Source of the DNA: Lama guanicoe
Taxonomy: Eukaryota
NCBI GenBank assembly: GCA_013239625.1
Contig: MU055753.1
Coordinates: 4,326,153 to 4,390,152, forward strand
DNA length: 64,000 nucleotides
Direction of reading: 5' to 3'
Shown here: piece after piece, positions 40,255 to 52,185 of the stretch
How positions within the stretch are numbered: position 1 is the stretch's first letter
How the letters are laid out: each line of letters starts with the position of its first letter
Position numbers and translations under genes: made by a program
Notes under the pieces: model-generated
What the model was told of the DNA's origin: nothing
Database searches by the model: none
The model's input: the letters and a program-made list of their open reading frames with translations, nothing else

Positions 40255-40830
40255 ATAGGTGTAGGTTTATTTCTGGGCTCTGTGTTCTGTTCCTCTGCTC
40301 CACGTGCCTGTTTTCATCCCAGTTCCACACTGTTTTGGTGACCGTAGCTTCGTATTGTAGTGTGAAGTCAGGAGATGCCTCCAGCCTGTTCTTTCTTAGG
40401 CCACTTTGGCTATTCGGGGTCCTTTGTGGTTCCACACAAATATTAGGGTGATTCGCTCTATTTCTGTGAATAATGCCATTGGGATTTTGATAGGGATTGT
40501 ATTCACTGTTTATACAGTCCTTAAGGGTAGAATGGACATTTTAACAAAATTAATTCTTCCATCCATGAGTTCGGGGTATCTTTCCATTTATTTGTGTCTT
40601 TTTCAATTTCTTCATCAATGTTTCAAAGTATTCAGCGTGCAGGGCTTTCATGGCCTTGGTTAAATTTACTCCTAGGTATTTTGTTCTTTTTGATGCAATT
40701 ATAAATAGGACTGTTTTCTTTCTCTTTCTGATGGTTCATTATTAGTGTTTAGAAATGCAGATGATTTCTGTGTATTGATTTTGAAACTTCTGAATTCATT
40801 TATTATTTCTAATTGGTTTGTGGTAGAATG
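40255..40830 (-). mobile_element. LINE-1 ORF2 fragment
   Basis: Minus-strand [40 protein letters not shown] resembles L1 ORF2. Confidence 0.8.
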
Positions 40831-41629
40831 ATGTGAAAAATTGGAATTAAAAAAAATACCACTGTTTCTACCACACCCAGGTCATCCACAGCACAGAAGA
40901 GAGTGGATCCTCATAAAGCCTTTCCACAGTGCCTCTAAATTGTGTGGAGCTTGGGTGAACTGGATCCGGGTAAGGCTTGGCTTCTGTGTGGAAATCTGCT
41001 GTTTTCTTAGCATTTCTGGCATGGTATTGACATGGTGTCTTGAAAAGTAATTTACTTTCCAGTAATTTCAAACGTACAGACAACTTTACCTCCATAAAAA
41101 CAAGTCTTGTATGTTGATGAAATATATTCCTGGATAGAAATATTGATGTTATTGGAAATGGAAGTGGTTTCATGAATTATTTTTCAGATTATTTATTGTG
41201 AGTGTATACAAAAAAGATAGACTATTATGAATATGTAACTTTGCTGAATTAGTTGATTAGCTTAAATATTTTTGTGTTGATTATAGTAAGTTTTATATAT
41301 GAGAGGATGTGATCTGAGTTCCCTGAATAGACACAGTTTTCTTTTTTTCCATTTACACACGTATGGCTTTTTTTCTCAAAACTGGGTAGAACTTCCAGTA
41401 TACTGTAACAGCGGTGAAGGCCAGGTTTCAGGCTTTGCTCCTGACTCAAGAATTAAATCCTTCTGTCTTTAACATTGAACATGTTTGCCCTAGCTTTGTG
41501 TACTACTATTTCCATATAGAACTAGACCAGGGTCACACAGAACTCAGGAGTTGAGCTGGACATTGTGTTTCTGGCCCCTCCCTCCCCCATCCTGGGCATA
41601 ATGTGGTATGGTATCTGTATCTTCTCTGG

Positions 41630-42340
41630 CCAGGTGTCCATTCAGATCTTTCCCTATTTGGAATAGGGTTGTTTGCATTAGAGTTCTTTGCATATTTTGA
41701 GACAAAATCTTTCTGAGACATGTGCTTGCAAATAATTTTACTCCTAGTGTGTACTTGTATTCCAATGTCCTGAACAACATCTCTCACAGAGTAGAAACAT
41801 TTCATTTGATAAAGTCCATAGTATTGCTTATTTTCCTTTGTAGATTGCCTTTTTGTGTCGTGTGTTGAAACTCAAAGCTTAGGTTCTACGTGACCAAATC
41901 CGAGATTATGTTGACTTTCTTCCATGTTTTCTTCTATATTTTATGGAGTTTTGCGTGTCAAATTTGTCTCTAAAAACGTTTGAGGGAATGTGGTATAAGA
42001 CAAGGTTTGCAGCCTCATTCACTGCATTCCATGTGATCAGCAGTGAATGGTTCCTTAACTATTTTAAAGAAGTTATGGATGGTTGGCTTTCTTTCAGTTT
42101 GAATTTCCAAAGCTGAGTGGACTCAGCAGGTGCGCTAGCAGGGGGCATGGTCTCCAGTGAAGTGTGAGCAAGGCCTGACCTGCACATTTCCAACTGACTG
42201 CAGGGCGATGCTGAGCCCACCTCTCTGAAACACTGCATGGTGGTTCCACCTGGGCCTGGCCCTGCGTGCAGCTGAAAGCAGTTCTGCCTCCTTCAGACAG
42301 CCTGGGCTTGGGCTTTGCCAATGCAGAATCTCAGCATCTA
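41630..42340. repeat. Local duplication, copy 2
   Basis: Direct-orientation, diverged paralog of 39225-39920. Confidence 0.75.
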
Positions 42341-45224
42341 GGCTGGAAATCAAATGACAGCATGAAATTCTAGCTGGACACTAGGCCACCTGCAAACATT
42401 GAAACTGAGACCTACCCTCTCCTGCTTAAAAGCATAGATTGGCGTGTTGCGCAGCCAAGTTCGAGCAGAGCTAGCACCAAGTTAAGACCTCCTGGGTGTT
42501 CTCAGAGCCTCTGAGAGAGACCTGAAATCAGAACAGCTTTCTCAGTCACATGTTCAGAACACGGGAGAGTCCGTGTTCTCTCCCGTTACATCTGTCAGCA
42601 CCCCCCCCCCCGATATCACATCACAGACAACTCTGGCAAACACTACTGTGGGAGTGAAGACCTTGGCTCTGGAACCAGATGTGGGTTCTGGCTGTGTGAC
42701 TTGGCCAAGCTGCTGTCCCTCTCTGTGCCTCTGCTTCCTGCTATCAGACGGAATAATTGCACCTCTCCCAGTGGGGTGTTAGGAATGAGAGTGAGGTTAT
42801 GCAGGCAAAGAGCTGGGCACCCGGTAAGTCTCACAAAAGTTCATGATTAGAGTTGTTATAGAGACTTTCTGATCATTGTCCAACGCCAACTTTGTTCTTT
42901 TCTTTAAACAAAGGAAGAAACAAAGACCAGAGAGGAAAAGCAACTTGGCCAATGTCATACAGCCAGCCAGCGATAATCAAGATTAGCAGTCAGTCCCCTG
43001 TCTCCATCAAAGATCCTTGTATACCAACTCCACAGTGGGACCTGAGCAGCTAAGAGCCCAAAAGTTTCATTCCACCCACACTCAAGTACTTAGTGTGTGC
43101 CTGGCCCAGTACTGCACACGGATACAGCCTTGCCCTCTGAGAGTTTACCCCCAGACTCGGAGGAAACCAGCATTTACAGAAATAGTCATGAGACTGAGGC
43201 AGGCATGACCAAGGGAGCCTCCTGACTGGCTGGGTGGGGACGAGGGTGGTCAAGGAAGGCTTCCTGGAGGAGGTGGTGGTGGCTGGGATCTGAAGGATGA
43301 AGAGGAGTCTAGGGTTTGTGGGCAGAAGGCTCCAGTGAGGAAAGGCCACAAAAGAGGCAGGTCCTAGACATGTCCCTTGGGGTGTGGCCAGGGCAGGGCT
43401 CTTGACCCTCAAGCAGAGGGGGCTACCAGCTCTTCAGAGTGGAATTCCTCAAATCAAGGCCTGGGACGCACCTACTGTGACATGAAACATTAAGATTCCC
43501 GAGCCCTAATCCAGACCCTCTGAATCTGGATCTCCAGGGCAGGACCCAAGAAGCTGTATCATTATTGCTGTTATTTTTACAGGCTCCCCAGGGGACCCTG
43601 CTACCCTCCAGGGTTTCAGCGCCAACACTGCAGCTATACTGGAGTCGGGGGGAGTCAGAGAGGTGTGCTGAAACAGGCCAGCACACAGAAGCTGTGAGTC
43701 TGTCCAGCCATGTCCCAAAACTTGCCTGAGGGTCTGCTCTGTGCCAGGCCTGGACACACAGGAACTCGGGGAGGGGAAGTGGGAAGGAGGGGAGTCTTAG
43801 GGAATAAGACCCAGGACACACCCTCTGCAAAGTCAACCAAAGAGGGAGTCTTTCTCAAAGTGGGGTCCCAGGAACCCCAGTCCTATAAATTACCCCTGAA
43901 ATGAAGGCTTTGTCAGTCAAGGTGGTTAGGAAAACCCAACCCCGCAATACATTCATGAGCCAATAAAGGCTCTGAGAAGTCCTGCAGTGGAGAAAGCTGG
44001 TATTTAGTGAGTGTCCAGGAAGGCTCAGAAAAGGATGTTGTTGATGGAGGATCTGAGTGAGGCGAGGTAAGGCTGCCAGGTCATGGGCCGACCCCCATCG
44101 CCTGCATCCCAGGCTGAGCAGACCCCATGGGGACAGTGAGCACTTCTGCCCCTCAGCCCTACCCCAGCCACTCACCATCAGCCTGGCCTCACCAGTCAGA
44201 CGTGGTGAGTCTCAACCAAAAAATTTAACCCCTGATGGTTTGGGCCACGACTGGGAACCTGCAGGGTGGGTCAGGTGGGGGACTTTGCTCCTCTGGAGCT
44301 CATACCGGCTCCACCTCAGGGCAAGGCCAGTGCCCAAACCAGCTGGATAGGGCAGGTTTGAGAAAGCACCTTCTGGATCCCTCCCTGGCCCGCCCGTTAT
44401 TCTAGCTGAAGCCCAGCACTAGAAGGGACCCGGGGTGAGGGGACAGCCAGCCCCAGGGACCTGGTAGTCCTGCTGGAGAACAAAGGACAGCTCAGCAGGA
44501 GCTTATGGTCAGACAGGCGTTGGTTCCAAGTCCTGTTAGGCCACTTACTGCTTGGACCATCCCAGGCAAGCACCTTACCCTCAAGATGCCTCAGTCTGTC
44601 ACCTGAGAGCGACAGCAGAGTCATTATGGTAATTTGACACTTATTGCACACACCTAACCAGACAGCAGACACATTCATGGGCATTACTTTGACAGCATCC
44701 TCACTATAAGCCCCTGGGGGAGGTTTGTCTGCCCCTTTACAGACGAGGCAAGTAAGGTTCAGAGATGACAAGGCACCTGCCCAGGGTCACACAGCTTATG
44801 AATGGGAGCCAGGATCGTCTCCTCAGACAGTCTTGTTCCAGAGGCAACATGATCAAACACTGGGCTACAGCTACTCATAGGGGTGCTGAGAAGAGCCAAC
44901 AAACAGCAACCACCACCATCACCACAGTAGTATGAGCTCACATTTACTTTCTACAGCCAGGCTCCCTGCTCCCTTCTTAATCTTCATTACCACCTCAGGT
45001 AGGTGGTGGCCAAGTGGGTGATCATATTATTATCTCCACTTTACTGATGTGAAAATGGAGGACCAGAGAGGTTCAGTAACTTTCCCAAAGTCACACAGCA
45101 TTTAAATGTCAGTGCCAGAATTCTAACCCAGGCAGGCCCCAGAGACCAGGCTGGTTAACAACACCACGTGACAGTCCTGCTGGGCTGCCACCCCACCACA
45201 GGTGCTCAACAGATTCACTTAAAG

Positions 45225-45960
45225 GCCACATGCCCCAAACCCCAATGGGATACCATCGCTCACCCACTAGGATGGCAATAATCAAATAGACAATAACAAT
45301 TGTTGGCAAGGATGTGGAGAAATCAGAACTCGCACACACTGCTGACTGGACTGTAAAATGGTACAGCCGCTTCGGAAAACAGTCTTAAAGTTGGTAAACA
45401 TCAAGGTGCCCACGACCCAGCAATTCTACTTGACATCTGCCCAGGAGAGATGAAAACACAGGTCCACACAAAGACTTGTACACAAATGTTCACAGCAGGA
45501 CTACTTACAAGAGACAGAAAGTGGAAACAACATGTTCAACTGATGAATAGATACAATGTGGACCATGCACAGAATGGTATACAATTCTGCCAAAAAAATG
45601 AATGCAATGCTGATACACACTACAGTATGGGGAANNNNNNNNNNNNNNNNNNNNNNNNNNNNNNNNNNNNNNNNNNNNNNNNNNNNNNNNNNNNNNNNNN
45701 NNNNNNNNNNNNNNNNNNNNNNNNNNNNNNNNNNNNNNNNNNNNNNNNNNNNNNNNNNNNNNNGGGCTGGGGTAGGGTTGGGGATTAGGTGGGGAGTGAG
45801 TGCTAAAGGGTGTGGGTTTCTAAGGTGATGAAATGCTCTAAAATTGATTATAGTGATGGTTGATAATTCAGTGAATATACTAAAAAACATTGAATTGTAC
45901 ACTTTAAATGAGTGAACTCTATGGTATGTGAGTTATATCTCAAAGCTGTTACCAAAAACA
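45225..45960 (+). mobile_element. Old LINE-1 3' end
   Basis: MKTQVHTKTCTQMFTAGLLT and the tail tgaattgtacactttaaatg..atggtatgtgagttatatctcaaagctgtt. Confidence 0.8.
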
Positions 45961-47273
45961 TTGGCAAGTGCCATTTAAAAGTGATAGGGGTTTCCTTCTT
46001 CCCCCACCCCCTTGAATGGGTCCCGCCTTTTATCCTGTTTTCCGTGGAGGCTGGGACAGCTCCACCTTATGCCCAACAGCCTGGAAGATGCTGGTTAACA
46101 CTCAACAGAGGGTTGACCATGTGCCCGGCTGGTGCCAAGCAAATCACAGAAAGATTAGCTCATTTAATCCTAACACCCCGTGAAGTAGCACTGCTCTCCC
46201 ACTTTACAGATGGGGAAACAGAGGCACGGAGCAACTAGATAACTTGGCCCCGGTTCCACTGCCAGAAAGCGGGGTGGAGCTGGGATTCCAATCCAGGCCT
46301 GTGGAGCACAGTCTCAGCACTTCTGCCTTTTGGGTTTGGAGTCCTGAATGAGAGGCCCCAAAGGGTCCTGCATTCCCCGCCCCCATCCAGCTGGCCACGG
46401 GAGCGGACCTGTGTCCCCCTGAGAGCTGCAGAGCCCTGTGCCAGGAGCACAGGAATGCGGGCAGGTCGGGCACCAGCAGGGAGGGGGCGCAGATCCCAAG
46501 AGGGCCGGGAACTGGCTGGGCCGGTCCAGCTTTTCACCTCGCTAGCGAGCCACACCAAGGCAGCCAGAAGAGGCCCCTGGGGACCGCCAGCCTGGCTGAC
46601 GAAGGCCCAGATCCAGCCCTTCCCTCTCAACCTCTTCTCAGTCCTGTCCCAGCCACGGACACGAAAGTCTCCTGGCTGAGCCAAGAAAGCTGAGATGCCC
46701 CTGCCCACCTTAGAGAAGGGAAGGGACCAGGGAGGCAGATCAAAGTGACACGCTGGGAGAAGGACATATCCAGCCTCCCTCCATTTACTCAGGAGTTTAA
46801 CACAGACATAGGTGCTGAGGGCAGTGGCCAAGGGCACTAGAAGGTGCCCCTGAAGTCATCCAGCCCCACCTGCTCATTACACAGATGGGCAGACAGAGGC
46901 CCTCTGAAGTGAAGGCACCCGCCCAAGGTCACACAGGGGGCAGCTGGTGTCTGGAGCCAGATAGGGTTCAAATCCTGACTGCACCAAACATCAGTGTAAC
47001 CTTGGAGGAGCTACTTTATATTTCTGGGCCTTGGTTTTATCATCTGTCAAATGGGTGAGATACATCTTCTCTAGGTAAGTGAAGTGGGAAGGGAAGGGTC
47101 AGAGTCAGTTCCAGAAACACTGGAATCAGGTTTCGAAGACCACTCTGGGACTCGAGGACTGAGCTGGAGGTTCAGAGCAGCCTCTAGGGGCCCAAAAACG
47201 GATTAGACATCATATAAGTTCATGAGCCCGGCACACCGGAGACACTCCATAAATATTCATTCTAATCACCTAC

Positions 47274-47747
47274 TGTTGGACCAACAGACGTTCTTCAAAG
47301 TCCAATGACCCCCATTCCTGGGCTCTCAGATGTCTGCCTGTGATCCCTCAACAGATAAAGCACATTCTTTACTAGGTGTGTTTCCCCTAACAAACTAATA
47401 GCCCTAGGTAATAATCTCACAGTAGCTCAGGCTGGTTCATTTCAGCCCACCTTGTCAGAGTTATAAACCCCACCACTCTTCACAGACCCTAAACCTCTCA
47501 CCTCACCTACAGCCAATCAGAGCCCTGTGCACAAGCCGATCAGGCGCCTTGTGACCTGACCTTGTAAAACACCCCAGTAACCGGCCGTTGGGGCTCACAC
47601 AGGCACCTCTTGCCTGTGTGGCCCGCTGTTGCCTATGGCAGCGTACCCTAATAAACTCCCTTCTATTCTCACGTTTTATCTCTGGTGAATTCTCTTACCA
47701 ACCTGTGCCTCACCTTGTCGCTGACCAGCCGCCCTGGTGTGCCCACA
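47274..47747 (+). mobile_element. Solo ERV LTR
   Basis: TG...CA ends, about 474 bp, CCAAT at 47513, TATA-like tgtaaaa at ~47563, AATAAA at 47649-47654; TSD degraded. Confidence 0.7.
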
Positions 47748-48353
47748 CCGCCTTCCACATTCAAGGAGCCCCGTAAATGGTGACAATGACCATTCATTCA
47801 CGAACACATATCCACTGTGTTTTACTCCCCACAGGGGTTGCCATTCACAACAAAGCTGACTCCTTACATTGGTCCCTGGTCTGTGTACAGGGTTCCGCCA
47901 TGGTCCCCCTTTCTCTCCTGGGGACTCCTGCTGGCCAGCGGCGCCTGGTCTTGTAAAACAGATTCCTTCTGAAAAACAGTAACTTCACAGCACGAGGACA
48001 GCAAGGTGAACACCGCCAGGGAGAAGGTGCATCCACGCAGTGGAATCCAGACGCCGGCACCATGGAGAACACATCCCTCCCTCGGAATCCTCCCCAGTAA
48101 TGCACAACCTCCATCTCATGGCTGGGAGCTGGCAGACAAACCCAAATTGAGGGGTGTTCTACGAAATACTTAACGAGACCTCACCAAGTGACCAGTCACA
48201 AAAGACAAGGCCGAGAAACTGTCAGGCAGGAAGAGACGAGGGAGACGTGACGACTAAATGCAACCTGGGGTCCTGGAACAGAAAGAGGACATCGAGGGGA
48301 CTGGGGAGACAGACCAAAGTTCATAGTTTAGTTTTTTAAAAAAAGGTTTCTCC

Positions 48354-50391
48354 TAGGATTTCTGGTCAAGACAGTAGAGTGGTGGGACCACGAGCTCGCC
48401 TCTCCTCATGACTACAGCAAAACCACAACTGACTGCTAAACAATCATTGGGAAAAAAGACTCAAACCTAGCAAAAAAGATCTTCAACTGGAAACATAAAG
48501 AGGGAAACACAGGGGGACTGTAGGAGGGGTGTGCTCACGATATAATCGGGCCCCATACCCCTTGGGTGGGCGACTCACAAGCTGAAGAACAATTGAGCCG
48601 CAGAGGCCCTCCCACGGCAGTGAGAGCTCTGAGCCCCACGTCAGGCTCCACAGCCCAGGGTCCTGGCATTGGGAGGAGGAGATACCAGGACATCTGGTTT
48701 TGAAGGCCAGTGGGGCTTAGCCCCAGAAGCCCCATGGGACTGGGGGAAACAGAGACCTCATTCTCTTGGGAAGTGTACACTGAATCTTGCATGCGCCAGG
48801 TCCAAGGGTAGAGGCAGTGATTTCATAGGAACCTGGGTCAGACCTGCCTGCTGGTTCTGTAAGGTCTCCTTGGGGGGCAGGGGATAGCTGCGGCTCACCC
48901 AGGGGACACAAAAGCTGGTGGCGGAAGAGTGTTCATCTACATGAGCTTTCCTGAGGCTGACATCTTGATTGGACCATTAGCACCAAGACCCAGCCCCACC
49001 CAACAGCCTGTAGGCTTAAGTGCTGGGAAGCCTCAGGCCAAACAACAAACTGGGTGGGAACACAGCCCCATGCATCAGCAGACTTCCTGAGCCACAAACT
49101 GCCTCTAGACAGGACCCTAGATAAGGCCCTACCACCAGAGGACCAGGACCAAGCTCCACCCAGAAGTGGGCAGGCACCGACTCCTCCTGCCAGGAAACCT
49201 GCATAAACCTCTAGTCCAGCCTCATCCACCAGGGAGCAGATACCAGAAGTAAGAAAACAACAACCCCAAAGCCTGTGGAAGGAATCCACAAACACAGGCC
49301 AGACTCTACAGTGGGATGGGCTGGACGCTGCCCCTTGGGTGACAAGAGAGGAACGTATTGCTGGGATGCACAGAACATCTCCCAGAGGGCCACCTCTCCA
49401 AGATCGAGAAACATAACTGACCTACCTAAAAATACAAACAGAAATCTAGACAATATGAGGAGGCAGAGGAACATCTCCCAGCCCAAGGCACAAGACAAAA
49501 TCCCAGAAGAAGAAATACGTGATGAGGAGACAGGCAATTTATCTGAGAAAGAGGTTAGAGTGATGATGGCAAAGATGTTCAGAGGAGTATAGAAGCACAG
49601 AGCAAAGTTTTTAGCAAAGAGCTGGAAAATATAGAGAACACCCAGAGCTGGAGAATAAAATCACTGAAATGATTAACACACTAGAAGGAACCAAGAATAG
49701 ACTAAATGAGGCAGAAGAACGGATGGATCAGTGAGCTAGAAGACAGATTAGTGGAAATCACTACTGCAGAACAGAAAAAAGAAAAAAGAATGAAAGGAAA
49801 TGAGGATCGTTTAAGAGAGCTCTGGGACAACATGAAGCGCACTAATGTTCACATTATAGGGGTCCCAGAAAGAGCAAAAAGGACCTGAGAAAATTTTTGG
49901 AGAGATTATCACTGAAAACTTCCCTAACTTGGGAAAGGAAACAGTCACCCAAGTCCAGGAAGCACAGAGAGTTTCACACAGGATCAACCCAAAAAGGAGC
50001 ACACCAAGGCACATAGGAATCAAACCGACAAAACCTAAGGATAAGGAGAAAAATAATAAAATCAGCAAGGGAAAAGCAACAAATAACACACAAGGGAACT
50101 CCCATAAGGTTATCAGCTGACTTTTCAGCAGAAACTCTATAGGCCAGAAAGGACTGGCATGATATATTTGAAGTGATGAAAGGGAAAAATTTACAACCAA
50201 GAATACTCTATCCAGCAAGGCTCTTACTCAGACTTGATGGAGAAATCAAAAGCTTCACAGATAAACAAAAGCTAAAAAAATTCAGCACCACCAAACCAGC
50301 TTTACAACAAATGTTAAAGGAACTTCTCTCGTCATCAAACCACATGAAAAGAGAAAAAAAAGAAGAGGGAAAAAAAGACCTACAAAAGATT
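48354..50391 (+). mobile_element. LINE-1 5' UTR and disrupted ORF1 (3'-truncated)
   Basis: GC-richer 5' UTR, then ORF1 peptides MRRQRNISQPKAQDK.., WISELEDRLVEITTAEQKKEKRMK..LRELWDNMKRTNVHIIGVPE, MKGKNLQPRILYPARLLLRLDGEIKSFTDKQKLKKFSTTKPALQQMLKELL, broken by stops and frameshifts. Confidence 0.92.
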
Positions 50392-50538
50392 NNNNNNNNN
50401 NNNNNNNNNNNNNNNNNNNNNNNNNNNNNNNNNNNNNNNNNNNNNNNNNNNNNNNNNNNNNNNNNNNNNNNNNNNNNNNNNNNNNNNNNNNNNNNNNNNN
50501 NNNNNNNNNNNNNNNNNNNNNNNNNNNNNNNNNNNNNN

Positions 50539-51129
50539 TTCTAATCCAAGAGCACAAGATATCTTTCCATTTCTTTGTATCATCTTCACCTCCTTCATCA
50601 GTGTTTTACAGTTTTCAGAGTGTAGGGTAACCTCCTTGGTTAAGTTTACTTCTAGGTATGTTGTTGTTTTTGATGCAATGAAAATGTTTATGCCAGCTAT
50701 AAAATTGTGGTTTTTGAAGTGACAAAAAAAAAGTGAATGAAGGGCCGCAAATGGCAAGATATCCTTTTTTTGGGTGAGTTGTATTCCATTGCATATATAC
50801 ATTATATCTTCTTCATCCATTCATCTATTGATGTGCACCTGGGATGCGTCCATATCTTGGCAATTATAAATGGTGCTGCTGTTAATAGTGAGGTGTATGT
50901 ATCCTTTTGAATTAATGTCTTTGTTTTTCTCGGATATATGCCCAGGAGTGGGATTTTTCAGCCACACTCCATATTGTTTTCCATGGTGGCTGCACCAATT
51001 TACATTCCCACCAACAGCATACAAGGGTTCCCTTTTCCCCACACCCTTGCCAGCATTTGTTATTTGTGTTCTTTTTGATGATGGCCATTCTGACAGGCGT
51101 GAGATGGTGTCTCACTGTGATTTGGACTT
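50539..51129 (-). mobile_element. LINE-1 ORF2 fragments in antisense
   Basis: YLEVNLTKEV.LHSENCKTLMKE and [49 protein letters not shown]. Confidence 0.88.
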
Positions 51130-51287
51130 NNNNNNNNNNNNNNNNNNNNNNNNNNNNNNNNNNNNNNNNNNNNNNNNNNNNNNNNNNNNNNNNNNNNNNN
51201 NNNNNNNNNNNNNNNNNNNNNNNNNNNNNNNNNNNNNNNNNNNNNNNNNNNNNNNNNNNNNNNNNNNNNNNNNNNNNNNNNNNNNNN

Positions 51288-51758
51288 ATTTAAAATGGTG
51301 TATTAGTTTCTGGTGTACAGCATGGATGGACTTGGTGGGCATTATGCTACATGAAATAAGTCAGACAGAGAAAGACAAATACTGTAAGATATCATTTACA
51401 TGTAGAGTCTAAAAACATATAACAAACTAGTGAATATAACAGAAAAGAAGCAGACTCACAGATGTAGAGAAGGAACTAGTGGTCACCAGTGAGGAGAGGG
51501 AAGGAGGAGGGGCAAGATGGAGGTGGAGGAGTAAGAGGTACAAATTATCAGGTATAAAATAAACTACAAGCATGTATTGTACACAATGGGGAATATGGCC
51601 AATATTTTATAGTAACTATAAATGGAGTGTAACCTTTAAAAATTGTGAATCACTATACTGTATACCTGTAACATATAATACTGTATATCAACTATAATTT
51701 AAAAATATGATATTGTGAAATAAACACATAAATGAATAAAGTTTTTGGAAAAAAAAAG
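51288..51758 (+). mobile_element. Chimeric L1-3'-end element, copy B
   Basis: Inverted L1 tail joined at cagcat to an L1 3' end (WMDLVGIMLHEISQTEKDKYCKIS), plus an extra AATAAA/poly-A tail; homologous to 32601-33076. Confidence 0.7.
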
Positions 51759-52156
51759 AGCTAGGACTCAATCTCAGAGCCTCCCAAGTGTTCACAGCTT
51801 TCCCCGTTCACCGCCGGTCATTCCCTCCCCACTTCTGAGACTCTTTGTCTCCCCATCCAGAGCCCTCCTGCTGGCCCCGCATCCTTATCCCCAGGCCTTG
51901 GGCACCTTCGTCTCCTGAGGCCAGCTCCTCTTCCTCCCCCAGACCCCTTCTGTCCCTGCTGACAGGACTCAGGTGCAGGACTGTGGGCTTCCCTCCACTG
52001 TTCCCGCTGCCAGCTCCCAAGTCCATCCGGCCCCTCACCGTAAAAAACTTGAAAACTCTTGACCTAGCTCAAACATGCAGAAAAATACCTAAAGCAATCC
52101 TACCACCCAGACTCAGCTGATGTTCCCACAAGGCCAAATGTGCTTCAGATTTTGTT

Positions 52157-52185
52157 AAAACAAAACAAAACAAAACAAAACAAAA
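52157..52185 (+). repeat. (CAAAA)n simple repeat
   Basis: Five to six tandem caaaa units. Confidence 0.85.

Noticed and set aside
45764-45800. G-rich TTAGGG-like stretch as a relic telomere
   Set aside because: It lies in the G-rich part of an L1 3' UTR and is not a tandem array.
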